Positions 38,463 to 47,503 of a DNA stretch of 64,000 nucleotides are shown here, in pieces. Source of the DNA: Candidatus Thorarchaeota archaeon (GTDB lineage: Archaea > Asgardarchaeota > Thorarchaeia > Thorarchaeales > Thorarchaeaceae). Position 1 is the stretch's first letter; every line of letters starts with the position of its first letter. The stretch covers positions 64,001 through 128,000 of the forward strand of contig JBHLQH010000006.1 in the NCBI GenBank assembly GCA_048884965.1. Direction: 5' to 3'. The notes under the pieces were generated by a model. The model saw only the letters and a program-made list of their open reading frames with translations. It did not search any database and had not been told where the DNA came from. The translations under genes were made by a program, and so were the position numbers.

Positions 38463-39962
38463 ATGCTACAAGCAAATGCTATTCTTGATTTCATCGAAAT
38501 ACTATTGACTCCATTGAGGGACATCCTTGTACAGCTTCCAGCTGAGTGGTATGGTTCCTTACCTGTCCTGACATTGATTGGATTCTCCATAATTGTGTTG
38601 ATCATTGGACTCAGATTCAATCCATTGATCATAAGCATCATTGGAGTCATTGTAGCAATGCTTGAAGTAGCCGCAATGGACCCTCTTGTCTATGGGTCTT
38701 CATTCGGAGGCCTCTTCGTTAGAGATGCCTTCGCTGACTTCTTCATCTATCTAATCCTGATAGTTGCGATCCTGGTGATGCTATCTGCAACTCAGTATGG
38801 TGGTGATAAGGGTCCTTACAACTTCCTATTCCTCATCTCCTTTGCTGGAGCGATCTGGGTTGTCATGGCTACTGACCTCATCGCTTTGTTCTTGGCATGG
38901 GAACTGATGAGCACACCAACCTACATACTTGTAGCTCTAGGACCTGACAGACTTGCACTTGATGGCGCGACCAAGTATTTTGTCATGGGCTTGGTTTCAA
39001 CCATGTTCATGCTCTTTGGTATCGCACTCGTCTTTGGCGTGTGCGGCACTACAGTTCTGACTGAGGTGGGTGTACATGTAGCAGCGATTTGGGCTGCTCC
39101 TGCGACATTAACCACGCAGGCATATACACTCCTCTTGTCCATGGTCCTCTTCATCATCGCCTTCGGATTCAAGGTAGGTATCTTCCCAGGTTGGATGTGG
39201 GTACCTGATACCTATGCTACAGCTGATGGGAGCGTGACCGCATATCTGGCTGGTGCGACAAAGAAGACTGGAGTTAGTGCATTAGCCCGAATACTGATGG
39301 TTGGTTTCATCGTTGCTCGATTGGAGTGGTACTGGCTCATCATCATTGTTGCCATGCTTACGATGGTGATAGGGAACTTCCTTGCATTAGCACAGAAGGA
39401 TATCATGAGAATGCTTGCCTTTTCGAGTATTGCTATGATGGGCTATGTATTCGTAGGGTTTGCCGTTGACACAGCTATAGGACTATCATCAGCCTTCTTC
39501 CTAGCATTCGTTCATGCTATCATGAAAGCAGGAGCATTCATCCTCATCTTTGCGATGTCCATTCGTTTGCAAAAGAGGATTACCTATGAAGAACTAAATG
39601 GGCTTAGTCAACGATATCCAATTGCTGCAGGGTTCCTTGGGATCATCGTCATCTCGTTGATGGGTATACCCTTCACTGCAGGATTCACACCGAAGTTCCT
39701 GCTATTCCTCAGCACTGCAGAGGTAGGCCTATGGTGGCTTGGACTGTTTGCTTTCCTGAATGTGACATTCTCACTTGGCTACTACTTCCGAGTTATACGA
39801 GCGATGTATCTCAGGCCAGCTAGTGATACCAGCACCTTCACTTTGCCTAAGATCCCAATGATCATTGGTGGAGTGTGTGCACTCTCAATGCTTGTACTAT
39901 TTTGGTTCCCAGGACCTATCATAGAGCTAGCGAATGCAGCTGCCGCTCTACTAGTACCATAG
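38463..39962 (+). CDS. nuoN: Complex I-like subunit N
   Basis: DLIALFLAWELMS-P-YIL, KYFVMG, GFKVG-FP--MWVPDTY, RMLAFSSI, GIPFTAGF-PKF, YYFRVI. Confidence 0.93.
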   Translation: MLQANAILDFIEILLTPLRDILVQLPAEWYGSLPVLTLIGFSIIVLIIGLRFNPLIISIIGVIVAMLEVAAMDPLVYGSSFGGLFVRDAFADFFIYLILIVAILVMLSATQYGGDKGPYNFLFLISFAGAIWVVMATDLIALFLAWELMSTPTYILVALGPDRLALDGATKYFVMGLVSTMFMLFGIALVFGVCGTTVLTEVGVHVAAIWAAPATLTTQAYTLLLSMVLFIIAFGFKVGIFPGWMWVPDTYATADGSVTAYLAGATKKTGVSALARILMVGFIVARLEWYWLIIIVAMLTMVIGNFLALAQKDIMRMLAFSSIAMMGYVFVGFAVDTAIGLSSAFFLAFVHAIMKAGAFILIFAMSIRLQKRITYEELNGLSQRYPIAAGFLGIIVISLMGIPFTAGFTPKFLLFLSTAEVGLWWLGLFAFLNVTFSLGYYFRVIRAMYLRPASDTSTFTLPKIPMIIGGVCALSMLVLFWFPGPIIELANAAAALLVP

Positions 39963-39973
39963 GATATGTCTGA

Positions 39974-40010
39974 AATGGGGCAAAAATGCCCCATTCATTT
40001 TCCTTTTCTA
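39974..40010 (+). terminator. Hairpin plus T-tract ending the nuo operon
   Basis: AATGGGGCA-aaaa-TGCCCCATT (perfect 9-bp stem) followed by CATTTTCCTTTTC. Confidence 0.7.
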
Positions 40011-40274
40011 ACATCTTTTTTGGTTTCATTCTGTTTGTATCCAAATGTAAGAGAAAGCGGTTTTTAGTTACTTTTCGTAATATATTAATTAGATATCTAT
40101 ACATATACACAGAATTCTGGAGGGATGTGTTAAATGTCGAAATCATTTATTTGTACATATTTACGAATATCGCAAATTATGAGCACCTTCACAATAATTA
40201 ACAAACATCTTTAAATGTAACCTTGTTGCGAAGTTACAATTGTAAATCCGGGAAGAACATGGAGAATCAAAAAC

Positions 40275-41666
40275 ATGGTATACTATACTGATTCGCCAAG
40301 AATGAACAAGCGGATGGTGTCAGGTTATTACCTGTTCCTCTGTTTGATTGGTTTCGCCGTTCTTCTAGGACCAACCGGTGCCGGCATTACGATAAATATT
40401 ATCGGAAATGGCGGACGTGATCAGCACGAGATTTCGAGTCCTATGGCAGGAGATGACCCAAGTGACTGTTCAGGCTGTCACTCAAATGAGTACAATAACT
40501 GGAGTACAACTCCTCATGCTACTCATGTGACTGTGGTAAACTCCACACACTATGCGATAGGTTCTCGCAATGTTTCCATGACTCTCTTTAACAGCAGCTG
40601 TGCAGCGTGTCACACATCTGGATACAATGCATCAGCTCCTGCAAGTGAACGGTTTGATGCGTTGGGTGTGAACTGCTTTGCATGTCACAACACAACAGCT
40701 CCATACGTGGACTATAGTGGTGAAGCGTGTGCTCCCTGTCATACAGGAAGCAATCCCGCTCATCCCTACCAGTATGCACCGTGGGAGAACTCAGCTCATG
40801 CGAACTCTCTGACTGACCTCAGAACAAGTAGCCACGCAGGCTCCTCATGTATGCACTGCATGTCAACAGAAGGCTTCATTGACCAAGACGCTGATTTAGA
40901 CGTCGAAGGTGAATACAATGCAGTTTCCTGTCCAGCATGTCACTCCGTGCATGGTGAGTGGTCCGGCGATGGTCCATACATGATCAGAGCCGAAAATGCA
41001 AGCGAACTATGTGGTAACTGCCACACTGGTTCAAGGCATGGCTCATATGATACCTGGATTGGTGGTTCACACAATCTTGCAGGTCTCACATGTATTGACT
41101 GTCACGGCTATGATCTGACAAACACCTCTGACACAGACACTTACTTCTTGAATCATACATTTGTCGTTAAGCCAGATCTTGCATGTGGCCAACCCGACAA
41201 TGGATGTCACGAAGACAATCTTGAGTGGGCTCTAGCACAGCTTGAGACAATTCAGGATGCTTTCGATGCTCTTGTCGAGGAGATTCAGACAGAAGCAGAT
41301 GATCTAGAAGAAATCATTCTAGCTTACAATGCTACTGAGGGTGCTGATTACGAACTAGTAGGTGAGGTAATGGATGTCATTGACGATGTCAGTGGTGTAA
41401 TTACCGCAATGAATGGAGACGGTTCATCAGGATTCCATGATCGTGTTGGTATCTTGGATACACTAAATGGAGCGTATCTTGACCTACTGAATGCCAAGGC
41501 CTACTTCTACGAGAACACACCAGCTGAAACTGTAACTGTCACAGTTACTGAAACCGTAACAGTTCCAGCTCCAAGCGGTATGGACACTCTCGTTCTTGCA
41601 GGTGGTGCAGTTGGCGGTATCGTCATCGGTTTGATCCTAGGACTGCTAGTCGGAAGACGACGCTAA
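40275..41666 (+). CDS. Membrane-anchored extracytoplasmic multiheme cytochrome c (7 CxxCH, 1 CX6CH, 1 CxxCM)
   Basis: Signal/TM segment; CSGCH, CAACH, CFACH, CAPCH, CMHCM, CPACH, CGNCH, CIDCH, CGQPDNGCH; acidic helical region, TV-rich stalk, C-terminal TM ending RRR. Confidence 0.92.
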   Translation: MVYYTDSPRMNKRMVSGYYLFLCLIGFAVLLGPTGAGITINIIGNGGRDQHEISSPMAGDDPSDCSGCHSNEYNNWSTTPHATHVTVVNSTHYAIGSRNVSMTLFNSSCAACHTSGYNASAPASERFDALGVNCFACHNTTAPYVDYSGEACAPCHTGSNPAHPYQYAPWENSAHANSLTDLRTSSHAGSSCMHCMSTEGFIDQDADLDVEGEYNAVSCPACHSVHGEWSGDGPYMIRAENASELCGNCHTGSRHGSYDTWIGGSHNLAGLTCIDCHGYDLTNTSDTDTYFLNHTFVVKPDLACGQPDNGCHEDNLEWALAQLETIQDAFDALVEEIQTEADDLEEIILAYNATEGADYELVGEVMDVIDDVSGVITAMNGDGSSGFHDRVGILDTLNGAYLDLLNAKAYFYENTPAETVTVTVTETVTVPAPSGMDTLVLAGGAVGGIVIGLILGLLVGRRR

Positions 41667-41698
41667 AGGCGATAAACTGGAGAAACTAATGTAAAGGC

Positions 41699-41730
41699 GG
41701 GATGTCTAACATCCCTCCGTATCTTTTTTT
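41699..41730 (+). terminator. Hairpin plus T7 tract after the multiheme cytochrome gene
   Basis: GGGATGT-cta-ACATCCC followed by TTTTTTT. Confidence 0.6.
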
Positions 41731-41839
41731 CTCCCAAAGAGTTCTCCAGTGAATATTGGGTTCTGTCCTATGGGCTTCTATTAGTTTCCGGAATTTTTTA
41801 CCGATATTATATGAACCCGAGAAAGGTGATCTTTCCATA

Positions 41840-44035
41840 ATGATAAGTAAACGAACAATAATTGCATTGACTATATTTACACTAATGTTGGGGACTTTTT
41901 GTCCTCCCTTAGAATATAAGCAAACGAACAAAACTTCAATGTATCCACAAAGCAATTTCACCACATCTGAAGAGTACAACATAAGCAGCTATATTGATTT
42001 CTCGACCGCAGCTCTCAACATCATTTTAGATGTTCTGATTAGATGGGATGATGGTAGCGTGTTTCACTCAGGTGATTACAAGTGGGAAATGATCGACTAC
42101 GCTCCAAGCTTAGCAGATTTTTATTGGACTATCTCCGCGCTTTCAAGAATGTACTGGGTTTCTGTTGAGGAAGGATCTGCAAATGATACGATTTCCATTC
42201 TTGTTAGTCGTATAGCTACAAAAATGGTCTTCTTGCTTCTAGATCCTGACTATCCTGGTTTTGGTGTCAATACATACTCTGTACTAGAGGCCCGTACATC
42301 AAAGCGACCCGGAGTTCAAGCATATGCATATGAAGCCCTGAGGCTTGCTGAGGCTGTAAATAGTACTTTGGATTTCTCAGCTGAGCAACAGAGTGCAATT
42401 ACATGTCTTACGGATATGCTCTATGATGAAGTGAACGGTGGGTTCTACTTCTTCACTCTGCAGAATGGTTCTATCAACGTACCCCCAGAGTTTGATGAAG
42501 TGTATCCCAACGATGGGAAACGACTTGACCATCTTGCTCTTGGGGCATTGGCATTGTATGACGCTTCAGTTGAAACATCGAACACTACACTACTAAATAT
42601 GGCGGACGAAGCAATCTCTTTCATGATGAAGCACATGAAGCAGACAATCCAAACTGACTATTTTGGATTGAAATTGGCCGTCACTGCCAATGGCAGTGAA
42701 GTAATCGTGAATGAAGGTGAACGACCCGCTAATGTGGTTGTATCAGATATTAATGCGATTGCTCTTGGTGCATTACTAAAGGCATATACAACCACTGGCA
42801 ACTCAACGTATCTAGATTTTGCTAAGGAAACCTTCAATGCCCTACTACAGAAAAATTGGGATACAGTACATGGAGGTTGGTTTGCAGAAACTCTGAATGG
42901 AGAGCCTTTCGATCCTCTTGATGACGAGGACGTGAAGTTCTACAAATATACAGAAATCCAGTTTCAGATGACCCGATTCTTATCCGACCTTTATGAGTTG
43001 ACCGATAACACATTCTACGTTAGACTCGTGATTGATACCCTCGAGCTCGTCATCTCTCATCTATGGGATAAGTCACATGGAGGTTTTGTTCAGAATGGGA
43101 ATCAGGAATGGGACGTTTTTAGTGATGAGTGGGAAATACATTACACCTCAGTTCAATGTCAAGCCATTTTAAGTCTGGAAAAGCTTTGGTCCTATGGTCT
43201 TCCGATAATATCCTATGTCAGAATCAATCCTTCTTCTCCTAGACCATTTGATGAGATTCTCATAACTGCACTTGTCCAAGATCCCGATGGTATTGATGAT
43301 GTATATGTCAATTACACCATTTCTTTTGGTTCAGTCACGACTTCAGGGATATTGGAGCTGGATCCAAATCCTGAAGCTGGCGGAGTTTTCAATAGTACAC
43401 TTGGATATCTCAATGACACGACACAGGTCAATTTCTATGTATATGCGAATGATACGACGGGTGCATCCTTTGTAGCGGGATCGTACTATTTCATTGTACG
43501 TGAGGATATATGGGAACCCGCTATTGTGTTGAGACAAATCTATCCAGAGGAGGTAGCTGCAGGTGACGAAGTAATTCTTGAGTTCGGCACCTATGAGTTC
43601 CCATTACATAGTGCTTTGTTATATTGTACACTCTTCTGGAAGGTGAATAATGGCGCATTCACAGAATTGAATATGACCCACGTTGGGTTTGAAGAGGATT
43701 ACCTTGTATGGATAGCTAACCTCGGTCGGTTTCGACCTGGTGATGTAATATCATATTACTGTATAGCGCTTGATGAATCAGGAAATATAGGTATTAGTGC
43801 ATACTACAGACTAACAATCAATAATCCTGCTTCGTATATTTCCCCTATAACCTCATGGCAATTCTTTGCAATAGTAGGATCTCTATCACTTCCAGGATTC
43901 GGTTTTGCATATGTTTGGACTCGTAGAAAGCACTCGAATGAACAACAGAGAATTTTGAAGAAGGAAGCTCGGAAACGTGGTAGGCGTGCTAGGGGGAAAA
44001 GCAGATCTCGATCGAGGTCACAAGGAGGCGAATAA
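41840..44035 (+). CDS. Large secreted, C-terminally anchored protein (alpha/alpha-barrel-like repeats plus Ig-like domains)
   Basis: Start moved to ATG 41840 (SD AGGTGA). Repeated helix-turn motifs LYDEVNGGFY / NWDTVHGGWF / LWDKSHGGFV, as in AGE/GH76/YyaL-type barrels; two beta-sandwich segments; TM and Arg-rich tail; abuts ccmF (TAA-ATG). Confidence 0.6.
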   Translation: MISKRTIIALTIFTLMLGTFCPPLEYKQTNKTSMYPQSNFTTSEEYNISSYIDFSTAALNIILDVLIRWDDGSVFHSGDYKWEMIDYAPSLADFYWTISALSRMYWVSVEEGSANDTISILVSRIATKMVFLLLDPDYPGFGVNTYSVLEARTSKRPGVQAYAYEALRLAEAVNSTLDFSAEQQSAITCLTDMLYDEVNGGFYFFTLQNGSINVPPEFDEVYPNDGKRLDHLALGALALYDASVETSNTTLLNMADEAISFMMKHMKQTIQTDYFGLKLAVTANGSEVIVNEGERPANVVVSDINAIALGALLKAYTTTGNSTYLDFAKETFNALLQKNWDTVHGGWFAETLNGEPFDPLDDEDVKFYKYTEIQFQMTRFLSDLYELTDNTFYVRLVIDTLELVISHLWDKSHGGFVQNGNQEWDVFSDEWEIHYTSVQCQAILSLEKLWSYGLPIISYVRINPSSPRPFDEILITALVQDPDGIDDVYVNYTISFGSVTTSGILELDPNPEAGGVFNSTLGYLNDTTQVNFYVYANDTTGASFVAGSYYFIVREDIWEPAIVLRQIYPEEVAAGDEVILEFGTYEFPLHSALLYCTLFWKVNNGAFTELNMTHVGFEEDYLVWIANLGRFRPGDVISYYCIALDESGNIGISAYYRLTINNPASYISPITSWQFFAIVGSLSLPGFGFAYVWTRRKHSNEQQRILKKEARKRGRRARGKSRSRSRSQGGE

Positions 44036-46117
44036 ATGGATATAGGAACAATTCTATTAATCGTCACAGTCATTATTGGACTGGTTGATGTCTTTGTATT
44101 ACTTGTGGGCCCTCGACTGAGGGACTATGAAAGCATATCATATGGAATGAGCATCGTTGGATGGCTTACTTCCGTAGGCGCAGTATTGTGGATGCTAGTA
44201 CTTCTCTATACGAACCAGTTTCAATATGAGTATGTATGGCAGGTCACATCCAGTGATTCTGATTTCTTCTTGAAGCTCTCTGGGCTTTGGGCTGGGCAAT
44301 CAGGTTCACTAATATTCTGGACATTCTTGTCTTTCACGTTGTACTTCTTCTACCGAGTTGTTACGAATGGATATGAAGACGATGTGATTGTCTATAGGGC
44401 ATCAATCCTTATGGTCATTCAAGCTGTGCTTATCGCGATAAACACCATCTTATCTGATCCATTCAGATTGATACCAGGCAATCCTCCTACAGAAGGTCTT
44501 GGACTGAATCCACTTCTACGTACCTTTTGGAACGTCATTCATCCTCCTTTGGTCTTTATTGCTTATGCGCTAATACTCGTGCCTTTTGCAATCAAGCTAG
44601 CTGGATACACTGTGCGTTCTGAAGATAGGAATACGGATCAAATTCCAGTGCTCCAATCAATTTCGAGTTACCTGACATTGCTGTCTTGGATCTTTCTATC
44701 AATCGGGATTGTCATTGGTGGATACTGGGCTTACATAGTACTTGGTTGGGGTGGATACTGGGCGTGGGATCCTGTTGAAACCACTTCTCTTATTCCTTGG
44801 CTCCTCCTGACCGCCTATTACCATGCAAAACCGATTCTTCGAAAGAATGATGTCCTTCGGGATTCATTCCTTGTGTTTGCGTACATCTGTGTTCTATTTG
44901 CTACATGGGTCACTCGGAGCGGTGTGCTGAGCTCGGTACACGGATTTGAAATGACTATAGTCAGTTGGACTATGCTTGCAACAGTAGCTGGCAACTTCAT
45001 TATCGCCTCTCTGATCACGGTGTGGTCAGGCTATCGCGATATGGATGATGAAGAGGAACAACAGAATGAGGATGAAGGATTCTCGTTGAGACGTCTTGTC
45101 TATCCTTCAAATATGCGGAATCTCTCAATTCAAATAGCACTGGTAGGTATTCTTGTAATCACTGCTGTGTCTGTGATTGGAGTCCTATTGCCTGCGATAT
45201 TGAATCTACAAATCATATTATCGGGAGGTGTCTTAGATGAGATGCTCTCGATTGGACCTGAATTCTTTTGGCTTGGATTCTACGGAGGTTCCTTCTTCCT
45301 TTTGACATCCGCATTCTACTGCATGGATACCTCTCTGGTTACAACAAAAATCAGAAACATCCTTCTTCTTCTCTTGATTGCAGTCGGAGGAATCCTCGGA
45401 GTGGCGTCACTTCAATTAGGTCTTGCATTACCAACCAGCTTCTGGATTCCTAATCTCTTAGTACCTCTAGCTCTTGGTGCAGTCGCCTATATCATTGTAG
45501 TATTTGCTCGAACGATGGCAGGAAAGGAGAAAGGCGTTTTCACTATGCGAAAGATGGGTCGTGTGATGTTGCACCTTGGAATGGTCATGCTAGTACTTGG
45601 TGTTCTCATGAGTGAGAATGTTGTTTATGAATCCAATTATGGATTCATGGAGGATGACATGGCTCAAGTTGCTGATGGCATCTGGGTTCAAGTATCTGAG
45701 ATCAATATTCTATACTGGAATGGGCCGACGGATTTTGAGATTCGTGTAACTGTATCCGTGATAGAGGGGAATGCCTTAGTGGGTATTGGGATAACCTCGA
45801 TCAAGGGTTATCCGCAATGGGGATCTGTAGCGCATAATGTATATCTGCATTCGGGAATCCTTCGTGATGTATTCATTGCTGTGACAGGATTCTCTCAAGT
45901 GCTTCCTGGACAATATACTGTATCACTACACATCAAGGTACTACCTATCGTATCTTTCGTCTGGGGAGGTTCTTTCTTCATGGTCGCAGCGATGCTTCCC
46001 ATGGTAGGCATAGAGTTCTCTGGACTTAGGCGAGCCATGAAAGGAAAGGCACAAGATCTCTATGGCGATGATGAGCAGGTAGAGAATGATGAGATTGTAG
46101 ACGAACCAGTTAATTAA
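44036..46117 (+). CDS. ccmF: Cytochrome c heme lyase CcmF
   Basis: LWAGQSGSL, GLGLNPLL, IHPP, WGGYWAWDPVE, TRSGVL-SVHGF, HLG. Confidence 0.95.
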   Translation: MDIGTILLIVTVIIGLVDVFVLLVGPRLRDYESISYGMSIVGWLTSVGAVLWMLVLLYTNQFQYEYVWQVTSSDSDFFLKLSGLWAGQSGSLIFWTFLSFTLYFFYRVVTNGYEDDVIVYRASILMVIQAVLIAINTILSDPFRLIPGNPPTEGLGLNPLLRTFWNVIHPPLVFIAYALILVPFAIKLAGYTVRSEDRNTDQIPVLQSISSYLTLLSWIFLSIGIVIGGYWAYIVLGWGGYWAWDPVETTSLIPWLLLTAYYHAKPILRKNDVLRDSFLVFAYICVLFATWVTRSGVLSSVHGFEMTIVSWTMLATVAGNFIIASLITVWSGYRDMDDEEEQQNEDEGFSLRRLVYPSNMRNLSIQIALVGILVITAVSVIGVLLPAILNLQIILSGGVLDEMLSIGPEFFWLGFYGGSFFLLTSAFYCMDTSLVTTKIRNILLLLLIAVGGILGVASLQLGLALPTSFWIPNLLVPLALGAVAYIIVVFARTMAGKEKGVFTMRKMGRVMLHLGMVMLVLGVLMSENVVYESNYGFMEDDMAQVADGIWVQVSEINILYWNGPTDFEIRVTVSVIEGNALVGIGITSIKGYPQWGSVAHNVYLHSGILRDVFIAVTGFSQVLPGQYTVSLHIKVLPIVSFVWGGSFFMVAAMLPMVGIEFSGLRRAMKGKAQDLYGDDEQVENDEIVDEPVN

Positions 46118-46126
46118 TCGTAAAAA

Positions 46127-46164
46127 GGGATGATGTCGAAATTAGACATTATCCCCCCTTTTTT
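46127..46164 (+). terminator. Hairpin plus T-tract after ccmF
   Basis: GGGATGATGTC-gaaatta-GACATTATCCC (11 bp, one G:U) followed by CCCTTTTTT. Confidence 0.65.
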
Positions 46165-46293
46165 GTCCATTTGTGAAAATTACTTACGATTCTTTATTTT
46201 ATCCCCTATTTTTGGTTACGCGCTGTACGCAAACCCAACATTCAAGTGTGGGTTTGCTTAATTTTTTTTCAGCTAGAATCGAGGCTGAACTGA

Positions 46294-46917
46294 ATGGTTG
46301 ACATCCTAGGCATCTCTGGAAGTCCTCGCGCTGGAGGAAATACAACAATTCTCGTACAAAGAGCTCTTGACTCTGCGCAAGAAGCAGGAGCTAAGGTGAA
46401 GCTGGTCGAGCTGGGTGACAAGAGAATTGAGGTGTGTGATCACATTGGAAAATGCTATGAGATTGGAGAATGTATCATCGAGGATGACTTGAATAACATC
46501 GCATTGGCAATGTCAAAGGCGGATGGTATCGTATTTGGAAGTCCTGCCTACACCGCATCTGTACCAGGACTTATGAAGAACCTTCTAGATCGTACTGGAA
46601 GATTCGTCAATCTCAGAGGAAAAGTTGGAGCTCCTCTTGTCGTTGGACGACGGTCTGGGATGACCATGGTTGTTCTTGAGCTCATGTTCTTTATGTATGT
46701 AAAAGAGATGATTATTGCCGGAACGCCTAACTGGCCTGTTGGCTTCTCATTACACCCTGGTGATGTGCTTGGTGATACAGAAGCCATGAAAGCTGCAGAA
46801 TATGCTGGTGCGCGAATGACCGAGCTTGCCATGAAATTGAAAGAGAATCCTGTATCTTGGAAGCATGATTTGCCACATGGTGAATACAGACCTGGATTTG
46901 GCGATGATTGGAGATAG
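46294..46917 (+). CDS. Flavodoxin-like / iron-sulfur flavoprotein (Isf) family protein
   Basis: GISGSPRAGGNT, Cys cluster CDHIGKCYEIGEC, ADGIVFGSPAY, MKNLLDR. Confidence 0.85.
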   Translation: MVDILGISGSPRAGGNTTILVQRALDSAQEAGAKVKLVELGDKRIEVCDHIGKCYEIGECIIEDDLNNIALAMSKADGIVFGSPAYTASVPGLMKNLLDRTGRFVNLRGKVGAPLVVGRRSGMTMVVLELMFFMYVKEMIIAGTPNWPVGFSLHPGDVLGDTEAMKAAEYAGARMTELAMKLKENPVSWKHDLPHGEYRPGFGDDWR

Positions 46918-46966
46918 CTGAAAAAAGTAGATTGGGTCTGGTCTTAGGACCATGACCCTTATGATT

Positions 46967-47368
46967 CTAAGTTGTTGTAGTTGAGTTTGCTTCATACTTG
47001 CTTGGACATTGAGCAAGTATCTCATCTGCAATAATGAGACTTGAAGATTGCAGTTCTCCGATGGCGACCAATTCCTGATCCTCTTGAAGATTCGGTACTT
47101 CCCCTGTGACCAATACAGTGATTGTATATTGTTCACCATACATCTGAAGCGTCACATTGGATGATGTGATCGTCAACGAGCCTGATAGGTATTTTCCTTT
47201 GACCTGAATTCGCTGACTCATGTAAGCATCAGGATTCTGTACTACAGAATCAACACTCAGGTATGGATCAACGAATAGATCCATCATGCTGAAAGCTAAG
47301 AAACCTACAGAAACGATGACAATTACAGTGATGACCATCGCTCTAGTCTTTGGCTTCATTAAGCTCAC
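46967..47368 (-). CDS. ccmE: Heme chaperone CcmE, Cys-type (CxxxY)
   Basis: N-terminal TM, OB-fold-like strands, ADEILAQCPSKY. Confidence 0.92.
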   Translation of the reverse strand: MSLMKPKTRAMVITVIVIVSVGFLAFSMMDLFVDPYLSVDSVVQNPDAYMSQRIQVKGKYLSGSLTITSSNVTLQMYGEQYTITVLVTGEVPNLQEDQELVAIGELQSSSLIIADEILAQCPSKYEANSTTTT

Positions 47369-47502
47369 TCCTGCTCCTGCGTATTAACAAGTCGTCGTAC
47401 AGCATTCTCTACCTTCATCATCTTCATCATTAGATAGAAGAGAAAAATGAGAATACATCCCCAAAGTATGAGTGCGACAGTGAATAGTTCTGGTTGTTGC
47501 AT
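47365..47502 (-). CDS. Small single-TM protein, CcmD-like (absent from the ORF track)
   Basis: Hand-translated MQQPELFTVALILWGCILIFLFYLMMKMMKVENAVRRLVNTQEQE (45 aa). One base separates it from the ccmC stop, and its stop overlaps the ccmE start (GTGA). Confidence 0.75.
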   Translation of the reverse strand: MQQPELFTVALILWGCILIFLFYLMMKMMKVENAVRRLVNTQEQE

Positions 47503-47503
47503 T

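Noticed and set aside
28419-39962. Canonical NADH dehydrogenase, Fpo, or Mrp antiporter operon
   Set aside because: No nuoEFG, fpoF/fpoO or mrpEFG in the window. The donor cannot be called NADH or F420H2 from this sequence.
39919-40201. ORFs 39986..40201 (+) and 39919..40146 (-)
   Set aside because: They cross the nuo terminator and an AT-rich promoter region; low-complexity translations.
40275-41666. NrfA nitrite reductase
   Set aside because: No CxxCK motif, and the motif count and C-terminal anchor differ from pentaheme NrfA.
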